Shown here: in pieces, positions 26,357 through 33,643 of the stretch
How the letters are laid out: every line of letters begins with the position of its first letter
How positions within the stretch are numbered: position 1 is the first letter of the stretch
IMG/VR virus record: IMGVR_UViG_3300012667_000655
Coordinates: 1 to 43,240 of that record
DNA from: a virus
Taxonomy: Duplodnaviria > Caudoviricetes
Length of the DNA stretch: 43,240 bases
Direction: 5' to 3' (one strand)
Notes under the pieces: model-generated
Told to the model about the DNA's origin: nothing
Seen by the model: only the letters and a program-made list of their open reading frames with translations
Databases searched by the model: none
Position numbers and translations under genes: made by a program

Positions 26357-26691
26357 GAGACGACGATTCCATCGAGGAATACGGGCTCGCCGGTCGGCAC
26401 ATAAACGGCCTCAAGGTCGACCTCGATCTTGCCGGCGGACACGGCGCGAGCCTGCACGCGCTGGACAATCAGGCGGGGTTCCCACCGGAGCAGCGCCTCG
26501 GCCGTGGCGGCGAAAATCTCCACGAGCGTCTGCGCGTTGAGCGGGTTGTCGACCAGGTCGAACAGGCGGCTGCCGTAGGTCCGGCGCATGACGCGGGAGC
26601 CGATCGGCGTCGTGAGAATGTCGCGGATCGACTGCCGCAGGTGGGCAATGCCCTCCAACGGTTTGCCGGTGCTCGCGTCGGTTCCTCGCAT
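26353..26691 (-). CDS. Baseplate W/gp25-like protein
   Basis: MRGTDASTGK...HLRQSIRDILTTPIGSRVMRRTYGS...WEPR. Confidence 0.92.
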   Translation of the reverse strand: MRGTDASTGKPLEGIAHLRQSIRDILTTPIGSRVMRRTYGSRLFDLVDNPLNAQTLVEIFAATAEALLRWEPRLIVQRVQARAVSAGKIEVDLEAVYVPTGEPVFLDGIVVS

Positions 26692-26697
26692 TGCGGG

Positions 26698-26739
26698 ACT
26701 ATCCGGCGAGCGTCTCCGGCGGTCTTGCGCGGTTTTGTC
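26698..26739 (-). promoter_or_regulatory. Late promoter box copy 2 (baseplate operon)
   Basis: GACAAAACCGCGCAAGACC (26721-26739), N17, GATAGT, N6, ATG. Confidence 0.8.
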
Positions 26740-26761
26740 GGCGAGGCCGGGCGGGAGGACG

Positions 26762-26795
26762 AAAAAACCCCGCCGCGCACAAGGCGGGCGGGGTT
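26762..26795 (-). terminator. Rho-independent terminator
   Basis: Minus strand AACCCCGCC...GGCGGGGTT stem followed by a T run, just upstream of promoter box 2. Confidence 0.75.
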
Positions 26796-26813
26796 GAGCG
26801 GAAGGGTGAACGA

Positions 26814-27089
26814 TCAGTCGAACGCGCGACGGTTGCCGGCCGCGAACGCACGGCGGCGGTCCTTGCGGATCTGCCGCTGATTGCCCCCGACGCGGCCCAT
26901 CAGGATGCCGCGGCAGACGCGAGTCGGAACTTTTGGAAGCACGGCCTTGCCTCCGACATAATCCCATCCGACAGACGGAGCGATCTTCAGTTCAAGCGGT
27001 GGAGGTGAGGTAATTGCTCCTGAGCCGGTGCCAACAGCTGCGCTTATTGCTAGCAAGGCCGGGATGCTTGAGAAAAATTTCGGACTCAT
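26814..27089 (-). CDS. Hypothetical protein (signal-like N-terminus, Arg-rich C-terminus)
   Basis: 91-aa ORF with a long C/A-rich leader and its own terminator; moron-like placement. Confidence 0.55.
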   Translation of the reverse strand: MSPKFFSSIPALLAISAAVGTGSGAITSPPPLELKIAPSVGWDYVGGKAVLPKVPTRVCRGILMGRVGGNQRQIRKDRRRAFAAGNRRAFD

Positions 27090-27178
27090 TCGGTTGGTGG
27101 TGGTTGGTTAATTTAGTTTCATCGGGCAATGATTTTCAGTCGGGGCTCGACGTTGGCCGATCCTCTCGCGCAGGCAAG

Positions 27179-27210
27179 AAAAATCCGCCGCCCCGTGAGG
27201 AGCGGCGGAT
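27179..27210 (-). terminator. Terminator after tRNA
   Basis: Minus strand ATCCGCCGC...GCGGCGGAT stem followed by TTTT. Confidence 0.75.
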
Positions 27211-27243
27211 CGTATGAATACCCAATACCTACCGAGAAATCCG

Positions 27244-27316
27244 TGGCAGAGATCGGACTCGAACCGATGGCCTCCGGGTTATGAGCCCAGCGCGCTACCA
27301 ACTGCGCCACTCTGCG
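27244..27316 (-). tRNA. tRNA-Met (CAT), initiator-like, no encoded CCA
   Basis: CGCAGAG TG GCGC AGTTGGTA GCGC G CTGGG CTCATAA CCCGG AGGCC ATCGG TTCGAGT CCGAT CTCTGCC A folds as a cloverleaf, with a C1:C72 mismatch and 3 G-C pairs in the anticodon stem. Confidence 0.92.
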
Positions 27317-27319
27317 ATT

Positions 27320-27377
27320 TGGTGCCCGCCCCCATCGCTGCTCACCCGCAAGTGAGGTCTCGGCGTAAGGGGCGGGC
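27320..27377 (-). ncRNA. Candidate armless tRNA-like hairpin ending in ACCA
   Basis: GCCCGCCCC...GGGGCGGGC stem followed by A-CCA, with an inner CTCAC/GTGAG hairpin. Ends 3 nt upstream of the tRNA. Confidence 0.35.
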
Positions 27378-27437
27378 GTGCCACCAACCAAGATGACGCG
27401 CCCACGGTGTCACGGGCGAGCCGCTTGTCGAGGAAAA

Positions 27438-27917
27438 TCAGACGAGTTTCTGCACGTCGAACCCGACCGCCGGCATTTTCTCGCGGAGCTGCGCGAGCGT
27501 CATGCCGGCCGTCCATTGGAAGTGCGGCCCCTCCGGGAACGACTTCCACGTGCCCGCCCATTCGATCCCCATCGAGGCCGCGAGCGCCCCAAGTTCGCGA
27601 TAGATTTTGTCGGCCCGGGCCGGTGCGGCTTCGTCGAGATACTTCCCGCCGGCGAACAGCCCGAGGTCGATGGCGAGCCCGTAGTTGTGCCAAGACGAGC
27701 CCGGGCGAGCCTTGGTGACGATCCGGCCTGGCTTCGTCCGGCCTTGCGCGTAGAGCGCCGCCTGCTGCTGCCACGACCGCAGTCCGGAAATCACCTCAGC
27801 GGTGACGCCGTGCTTCGCCAGGATCGGCTGCGCGGCTGCGAGGAACGCCTCGGCTTTCACGCGGAACTTTCGGTTGAGGCCGGACAGGTTTTCGAGGGTG
27901 CGCTTGCTGTAGCTCAT
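27438..27917 (-). CDS. Endolysin, M15 (L-Ala-D-Glu peptidase-like) family
   Basis: SGLRSWQQQAALYAQGRTKPGRIVTKA, SWHNYGLAID, GIEWAGTWKSFPEGPHFQ. Confidence 0.92.
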   Translation of the reverse strand: MSYSKRTLENLSGLNRKFRVKAEAFLAAAQPILAKHGVTAEVISGLRSWQQQAALYAQGRTKPGRIVTKARPGSSWHNYGLAIDLGLFAGGKYLDEAAPARADKIYRELGALAASMGIEWAGTWKSFPEGPHFQWTAGMTLAQLREKMPAVGFDVQKLV

Positions 27918-28000
27918 GGCCTGGATCGTTTGTGGGCGAGTTGACGGAGCAACGCCCGGTGCCGGAACGTCGCGAGGTAGGTGAGGAGGCGGCGGATCAT
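27914..28000 (-). CDS. 28-aa cationic peptide coupled to endolysin (not in ORF track)
   Basis: MIRRLLTYLATFRHRALLRQLAHKRSRP. Starts 4 nt after the upstream stop, and its TGA overlaps the endolysin ATG. Confidence 0.5.
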   Translation of the reverse strand: MIRRLLTYLATFRHRALLRQLAHKRSRP

Positions 28001-28004
28001 TGGA

Positions 28005-28388
28005 TCAGTCGGGTGGATTGCCGCGGAACGAGAGCCACCCGCCGACGCGGACGGCCCGGTAGATCAGGCGGCGGCGGACGAACGGCACGCCGGCGTCCTT
28101 CATCGCGGCCAGGAAGATGCCGTCGGAGGTCGCGCGGTCGAACCGGCGGTTCGCCGGCGTGTAGAGAAAGTCGTGGATCAGCGCGGCCCCGAAGTAGTCG
28201 CCGAACGGCGAAAACAGGTTCCAGAAAATCCTCGGCACGCTCGCGCCGTCGGACTTGAATCCGGCGGGGACTTCGATCTCGCCGTGCTCGCTCGAGAGAT
28301 AGCGGAACCGCTCGACGAGTTGGATGATCATCGAGCCGTTCTTGGTTCCGGCGTGCCGGAAAACAGGGGTGTCGGGGAAGGCTTTCAT
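28005..28388 (-). CDS. DUF1353-like protein
   Basis: IEVPAGFKSDGASVPRIFW, AALIHDFLY, SDGIFLAAM, IYRAVRVGG. Confidence 0.85.
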   Translation of the reverse strand: MKAFPDTPVFRHAGTKNGSMIIQLVERFRYLSSEHGEIEVPAGFKSDGASVPRIFWNLFSPFGDYFGAALIHDFLYTPANRRFDRATSDGIFLAAMKDAGVPFVRRRLIYRAVRVGGWLSFRGNPPD

Positions 28389-28924
28389 ACGGGTGTCGAG
28401 GTAGTGGATCCTCCCGGCATCACGCCGCCGTGCACGTGCGTCTTGAGCGAGATCGAGCCGGCCTTCACGTCGCCGGTCACTTCGATGTCGCCGTTGAGGG
28501 TGATCTTCCCGCCGGAGAGCTGCATCGTGGTCCCGCCGACGATGAGCTGCACCTTGCCGTTGTCGGCGAGGATTTTTGTGCCGCCGACGTTGATCTCGTA
28601 GGTGCCACCGCTCGGGAGGTCGATCCGCTCGACGTTCTCGCGGTTGTCGGGGGCGGCGCGGTCGTCGTAGTTGATCGCTCCACCCATCACGAACCCGGCC
28701 CCGAGCTCGCCCATCGGCGCCACGACACAAACCTGCTCGCCGACCGCCGGCGGCGACCAGCTCTTGACCGATCCAGCGCGCGAGGTCTGCCAGGGGAGCC
28801 ATGGCGTTTTGACCTCGCCGAACTGAACCTTGACGCGGCCCTGCGCGCGATCGACCTCGGCGATCTTTCCGATCCGGAAAAGGTTCGCGAGGCGGCGTTG
28901 GAGTTCGGCGACTTCGGCGCTCAT
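28385..28924 (-). CDS. Baseplate spike, P2 gpV-like
   Basis: ELQRRLANLFRIG, TPWLPW, WSPPAVGEQV, C-terminal SLKTHVHGGV metal-binding HxH. Confidence 0.92.
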   Translation of the reverse strand: MSAEVAELQRRLANLFRIGKIAEVDRAQGRVKVQFGEVKTPWLPWQTSRAGSVKSWSPPAVGEQVCVVAPMGELGAGFVMGGAINYDDRAAPDNRENVERIDLPSGGTYEINVGGTKILADNGKVQLIVGGTTMQLSGGKITLNGDIEVTGDVKAGSISLKTHVHGGVMPGGSTTSTPV

Positions 28925-28926
28925 GA

Positions 28927-29469
28927 TCAGATGTCGGAGGGAAGATCCCGCTCGGTGTCGAGCAGCGTGTAGTGTTCGAGGTTGTCCGGGCCGATCAGCG
29001 GGCTGATACCCAGCCAGACCTCGGTCGGGACGATGCCGCCCGGCCAGATGTCGGTGCCGAGCAAAGCCTCGTGCTCCCACTCGACGCGCATCACCTCGTA
29101 GTCGTCCGGCTGGCCTTCCATGCGGTCGGGGAAGGCCCCCACGACGTTTGCAGCGCCGACCGGCTGGCCCCATCGGTGGCCGCGGATGAACTGCATCAGG
29201 GCGACGGCCGCGGTGCGGATGCCGAGCTTGTTGCCGGCCTTGTAGCTGTTGACCACGTAGCCGTTGAACTTCAGCCGCACGGCGAGCTGTTCGGTGCCGA
29301 TGTCGTCGGGGTCATCGGCCGTCACCTCTTCGAGCTCGAAGAAAATCGCCGGCACGGAGACTCGCTCACCCTGCCGTGCGTAGTAGTCGACCAGCGTCCC
29401 GGAGAACCCCGCGGTGAGCGTGCTCTTGATCGCGGCGTGGAGGGTGGCGATGTTGACGGGCGTGTTCAT
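28927..29469 (-). CDS. Tail completion/terminator-like protein
   Basis: Neck position; LHAAIK...PAIFFELE...YEVMRVEWEH. Confidence 0.65.
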   Translation of the reverse strand: MNTPVNIATLHAAIKSTLTAGFSGTLVDYYARQGERVSVPAIFFELEEVTADDPDDIGTEQLAVRLKFNGYVVNSYKAGNKLGIRTAAVALMQFIRGHRWGQPVGAANVVGAFPDRMEGQPDDYEVMRVEWEHEALLGTDIWPGGIVPTEVWLGISPLIGPDNLEHYTLLDTERDLPSDI

Positions 29470-30077
29470 CGGGCGATCCGGATTCCTCCGGCGATGGCTT
29501 GAGATTCACCGGTATTACGGCCGGACGCCTTGTCGAGGGCGAGGAAGAAAAACTCGACGAACTTCGCGGCCACTTCCTTCTCGAACTTTTCGAGGAACGA
29601 GACGCCTTTCTCGGCGATTGGGCGGCTTTGCTGGACGATCGGCAGCCGCTCCTTGCCGGCCCGTTTAAACACGTGGCCGCCGATGGTCGGGGCGACGAAC
29701 GCCCCCTTGATCGTCTGCTGGCCGGTCGCGCGCACGCCGGATTTGTTCTGCCGCGCGCCGAGGTATTTCAGCGAGATTTCGTTCAGGCCATACCAGAGGC
29801 GAGCGGTCGAGAACCCCTTCACCGACTGGTATTGGAACTTGAGCCGGAGCCCCTGCCGGAGCGTGCGCAGCGGAACGCCGGCCTCCTTCGCAAGACGGCG
29901 CGCGCCTTCGCGGTTTGCCCACTGGCCAGCCTGCCGGGTGGCGACTCGCAGGGCGGCTTTCATGTCCTTCTGAAGCACGCCCAAGAGGCCGCGAATCCGC
30001 GACCAATCCTCGAAGACGAACAGCGCGAGCAGGTTCTTGGCCGCGCCCGCCTCGAAGCGATTTCCTTCGGTGCTCAT
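29466..30077 (-). CDS. Minor tail/neck protein (lambda Z-like)
   Basis: Basic protein with LWYGLN, IKGAFVA and HVFKRAGKERLPI. Confidence 0.7.
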   Translation of the reverse strand: MSTEGNRFEAGAAKNLLALFVFEDWSRIRGLLGVLQKDMKAALRVATRQAGQWANREGARRLAKEAGVPLRTLRQGLRLKFQYQSVKGFSTARLWYGLNEISLKYLGARQNKSGVRATGQQTIKGAFVAPTIGGHVFKRAGKERLPIVQQSRPIAEKGVSFLEKFEKEVAAKFVEFFFLALDKASGRNTGESQAIAGGIRIAR

Positions 30078-30379
30078 GCCGGCTCGTGCGCGAGGGTGAC
30101 GACCGCGAACCCGGTGCCGTCGGGCTGGATGTCGGTCACGGAGTAAGCGACGGCCCGCACGGTCACGGCGGCCTCGCGAGGGACGACGCCGACCACGTCC
30201 GACGCTTTGCAGGTCAGACGCGGCTGGGTCGTGGTCAGGCTGATTTCGCCGATCTGCGCGTCAACGAATCCATTGTCGAAGATCCCCCGGCAGCTCTTGC
30301 TCCCGCCACTCCACGCGAAAACGAGATCCTCGTCCTCGGCGAAGTCGGCGAGAAAGATGTCGAGCGGGTCGTCGATCAT
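30074..30379 (-). CDS. Head-tail joining protein (lambda FII-like)
   Basis: DIFLADF, GIFDN, YSVTDIQPDGTGFAVVTL. Confidence 0.8.
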   Translation of the reverse strand: MIDDPLDIFLADFAEDEDLVFAWSGGSKSCRGIFDNGFVDAQIGEISLTTTQPRLTCKASDVVGVVPREAAVTVRAVAYSVTDIQPDGTGFAVVTLAHEPA

Positions 30380-30387
30380 CGTCGGGA

Positions 30388-30690
30388 TCAGTCGAAGGGA
30401 TCGGCTGCGGGCTGCTCGGGCTCGGCGGGTTCGCCGGGCTCGGATTCAGCGGCGGCGGCTGCCGGCTTCGGCTTCCGGCCGCGCTTGGCTGGCTCGGGCT
30501 CGGCTGCTTCGTCGACCGGAAACTTGCGGCCGTCATCGCTCACGAGCGAGGCCTCGGTTTCGTCCGGCACGAGTTCGGCGCGGCCTTGATTGATGGTCGC
30601 TTGCCCGAACAGGTTCGGGACTTCCAGCACGGTGCCGGCCGGGGTGAATACCCCGTCGAAGGCCATGTTGCGGAGGGTGCGGATTTTCAT
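30388..30690 (-). CDS. Hypothetical capsid-adjacent protein
   Basis: MKIRTLR...AGTVLEVP...GRAE with an acidic/Pro-rich tail, typical of genes following the capsid. Confidence 0.65.
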   Translation of the reverse strand: MKIRTLRNMAFDGVFTPAGTVLEVPNLFGQATINQGRAELVPDETEASLVSDDGRKFPVDEAAEPEPAKRGRKPKPAAAAAESEPGEPAEPEQPAADPFD

Positions 30691-30712
30691 CGTGTGATTT
30701 CGGCTGAGTCAG

Positions 30713-30744
30713 AAAAAAGGGGCGGGCGGTTTCCCACCCGCCCC
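30713..30744 (-). terminator. Terminator after capsid gene
   Basis: Minus strand GGGGCGGG...CCCGCCCC stem followed by TTTTTT. Confidence 0.8.
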
Positions 30745-30761
30745 CACGAGAGCCTCGGCGA

Positions 30762-32804
30762 TTAGGCCGGGTTGGTCTTGAACCACGAGAACGACTCCGC
30801 GCGGCGGATCGTGAAGTCGACGTCCTGGAACTGCGTGATGCGGATGCGGCCCTTGTCGCTGTGGGTGTAGGGGTCGACGGTCACGTCGAGTCCGCCCCAC
30901 ATGCCGATGAGCATGTCGGCCCAGTTGCCGAAGAACATGTCGCCGGTGGTCACCTGGTTCGAGACCCGGGTGTTGTAGCCGTTGACGGTGTTACCCGGCT
31001 CCCAGATGGTGCCGGTGTCGCCGCCACCGCTGAACTTCTGCGTGGTCTTCAGGTGGCCGCGCATGCGGGCGTTGAAGATGTAGAGCATGGACTCCACATC
31101 GGCGTCGTCGGCCGCGATCTCGGTCTCCATCGAGACAATCTCGGCGAAGGTCGGAGCGTCGTCGGTCGCCCACATCGCGGCGTTGATTCCGGACTGAAGC
31201 GACAGGCCCTTCGGCTGGTTGCTCGCGTTGGAACCGTAGAGGCCGGCGCGGTCGATTTCGAGCGCCATCACGGTCGCGAGGTCGCGGCGGAACAGAGCCT
31301 CCACGCCGAGCGAGTTCTGCATGAGCAGCTTCCGGGTCAGCTCGCCGCGAGCGGAGAGCGTCTTCGGGCGCAGGCTCACCAGGCCGAACGTGATGCCGGT
31401 GGATTCGGCAGCTTCGTCTTCCCCGATCCAGCTCGCGGCCGGGCCGGTCGCCTGTTTCGGGATGTCGATGTTACCGACGAGGCCATTCAGCTCGGTGCCC
31501 AAGCCCATCAGCGCGGAACGCTTGCGGAGCAGGTCGATGAACGAGCTGGTCAGCAGGACGGTCTCGATGCTGTTCGTTCCGGCGTTGGTGTAGCCGGAGG
31601 CGGTCTTGGCACCCACGACGGTGTCGGCGCGCTGGCCGGTCAGCGGCTGAAGCAGCACGTCGACCGGAATCACGGTGCCCTTCGCGGAGCGGTGGGTCAT
31701 CGCGTCGGCGGCGGTGCGGCAGGCCTCAAGCTCGAAGGCCGCTTCGTCGCGGAACTTCTTCGCCTGTTCGGGCTCGGCGCAGAGCGCGCGGAACAGCTTG
31801 ATCATGGAGAACCCGCGGGCCTCCTTGTCGCTCAAGCCGATCGGCTTGGTGCCGTCGAGGACGGTCTTGTTCCGCTTGTCGAGGTGGTCGACCAGGGCGG
31901 TGCGGAACTGTTCCAGCGAGTGACCCTTCTCGACGGCTTCCTGCGCGAGGTCGCCGGCGTCATACTGCTTGCCGGCGGCGAAGATCGAGCGGACGCGGGC
32001 GCGCTCGTCGGACTCGCCGGCAGAGCGGACAGCGGCCTCGTCGACAACCTGCACGCGGGGAGCGGCAGGCGCTGGAGCCGGGGTCGGGGTGGGAGCGGCC
32101 GCGGGAAGCGAACGCTGAAGGAGGGCGGAAAGCTCGTCGTCGGTCGCGGCGTCCTGGAAGGACACGTTGAGCTGACGGAGCATGGCGATGATTTGAGCAC
32201 GATTCATGATGCTGCGGTTCTGAGAGTTGTTAGACGGGATGAGGCTGCGGCCGACTCCAACGGTGCCATCAGCCGGAACCGTCACGAGGCTGACCTCGTA
32301 GGGTTCCCACTTCGACACGACGTAAACGTCGGTTCCGTCCTCGCGGGACTCGCTCAACTTCACTTCCCGGATGCGATACCCGACAGAGACGTTGCGAAGG
32401 ATTCCGTCCTTCACGTCCTGCCATTTCTCCTCGGCGAGTTGAGAGCGGCCAAATCGAACGACAGCCCGGCCTTTCCGGTCTGCTCCGATGGTGGCCGATT
32501 CAACGACGCCGAGTTGTTCGTCGAGGTCGTGGTTGAAGAGAAGGGGACCGCCCGAGTTGAGGCGGGAAAGATCGACGGCGCCGGCTTCGTGCGCGAGGAC
32601 TTCGACGACACCGGGCCAGCGTTCCAGCTCGATGTCGGACGAGAACGAGAGTTCGACGGTGCGAGCCTCCTCGTTGATGATCCGCGTGAAGAATCCGCCG
32701 CGAACGACGGGATCGCCGCCGGCCTGGATCGGTTTGCGCACTCCGGAGCCATCACGCCGGAGCGTCATGCCAACGAGGAACGGATTGGATCGGCGGGGTG
32801 CCAT
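30762..32804 (-). CDS. Prohead protease-major capsid fusion (HK97 fold)
   Basis: Protease motifs PLLFNHD, VSVGYRI, WEPYEVSLVTVPAD. Capsid motifs IPKQ, WIGE, FGNWADMLIGMWGGLD..VDPY. Confidence 0.92.
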   Translation of the reverse strand: MAPRRSNPFLVGMTLRRDGSGVRKPIQAGGDPVVRGGFFTRIINEEARTVELSFSSDIELERWPGVVEVLAHEAGAVDLSRLNSGGPLLFNHDLDEQLGVVESATIGADRKGRAVVRFGRSQLAEEKWQDVKDGILRNVSVGYRIREVKLSESREDGTDVYVVSKWEPYEVSLVTVPADGTVGVGRSLIPSNNSQNRSIMNRAQIIAMLRQLNVSFQDAATDDELSALLQRSLPAAAPTPTPAPAPAAPRVQVVDEAAVRSAGESDERARVRSIFAAGKQYDAGDLAQEAVEKGHSLEQFRTALVDHLDKRNKTVLDGTKPIGLSDKEARGFSMIKLFRALCAEPEQAKKFRDEAAFELEACRTAADAMTHRSAKGTVIPVDVLLQPLTGQRADTVVGAKTASGYTNAGTNSIETVLLTSSFIDLLRKRSALMGLGTELNGLVGNIDIPKQATGPAASWIGEDEAAESTGITFGLVSLRPKTLSARGELTRKLLMQNSLGVEALFRRDLATVMALEIDRAGLYGSNASNQPKGLSLQSGINAAMWATDDAPTFAEIVSMETEIAADDADVESMLYIFNARMRGHLKTTQKFSGGGDTGTIWEPGNTVNGYNTRVSNQVTTGDMFFGNWADMLIGMWGGLDVTVDPYTHSDKGRIRITQFQDVDFTIRRAESFSWFKTNPA

Positions 32805-32812
32805 TGCCGGGG

Positions 32813-32854
32813 AAATTACGGTCTAGGCGAGCAAGGGTCTTGCGCGGTTTTGTC
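32813..32854 (-). promoter_or_regulatory. Late promoter box copy 3 (capsid operon)
   Basis: GACAAAACCGCGCAAGACC (32836-32854), N17, TAATTT, N8, ATG. Confidence 0.8.
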
Positions 32855-33002
32855 AGCGCGTCTCGCGGTGCCAGTTGTCGCCCCAGGGCTTGTGTGCCTC
32901 GTAGCTGCGAACCGGAGGCGAGGGCGGCCAGGTGGACGGGTCGGACGATCCGCAGCCCGAGAGAGCTGCGGCGATGGTGAGGATCAGGGCGGCGGTTTTC
33001 AT
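32853..33002 (-). CDS. Small Pro-rich lipoprotein
   Basis: MKTAALILTIAAALSG-C lipobox, ATGA-coupled. Confidence 0.7.
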   Translation of the reverse strand: MKTAALILTIAAALSGCGSSDPSTWPPSPPVRSYEAHKPWGDNWHRETR

Positions 33003-33571
33003 GCGATGTTCGTCAAGTGTTGAGGCCGGAGCAGCGCCCATTCCCCCCACCAGATGCGGGACAGGACGGACACGAGGACGGTGCGGCCGTGGCGATCGAG
33101 AGCGAGGATCGGCCGGCCGCTGTCGCCCTCGCGGAATTGCAGCGGGCGCAGGTAGGAGCCGCGGAGCCAGTTCCTGAATGACGCATGCCGCTGGTAGGGG
33201 AATCGAAGCAACTCGCCGCCCGGCCGGGACATGTAGCCGGTGCCGGTGTGCATCCCGGCGATCGGGTAGCGGGTCACGGTCGGCGGGACGTCCTCGCGGA
33301 GCGTGGCGATGGCGATGTCGCCGTTGAGGAGGCGGTCCTCCCGCCAGTCAAGGGAAGGCTTCGGGCCGGTGCAAGCGAGGTCGATTCCGCGGACTGCCGC
33401 GATCGTGTAGGTCTGGCCGGCGATGATCACCTTCTGCCCCGACACCATCCCGAGGTGCCGCGCCGTCACGACATGATCGGTCCGCCCGATCCGCACTAGC
33501 GCGCCATTCAAATGGTCGGCGGATGGGTGCGGCCAGACGATGCCGGAGAGATCGGGGGCGAGGGTTTTCAT
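32999..33571 (-). CDS. Trypsin-like serine protease
   Basis: VVTARH, DIAIATL and GDSGRP give a His-Asp-Ser triad in S1-family order. Confidence 0.7.
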   Translation of the reverse strand: MKTLAPDLSGIVWPHPSADHLNGALVRIGRTDHVVTARHLGMVSGQKVIIAGQTYTIAAVRGIDLACTGPKPSLDWREDRLLNGDIAIATLREDVPPTVTRYPIAGMHTGTGYMSRPGGELLRFPYQRHASFRNWLRGSYLRPLQFREGDSGRPILALDRHGRTVLVSVLSRIWWGEWALLRPQHLTNIA

Positions 33572-33576
33572 GGTGG

Positions 33577-33639
33577 TCAATAGAAGGTCCAGAACAGCAG
33601 CCACCCCAGCATCAGCAGCAGGGCGGCGGGGAGGGCCAT
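33577..33639 (-). CDS. Possible 20-aa hydrophobic peptide
   Basis: MALPAALLLMLGWLLFWTFY fills the gap between the spike and protease genes. Confidence 0.3.
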   Translation of the reverse strand: MALPAALLLMLGWLLFWTFY

Positions 33640-33643
33640 GGCT

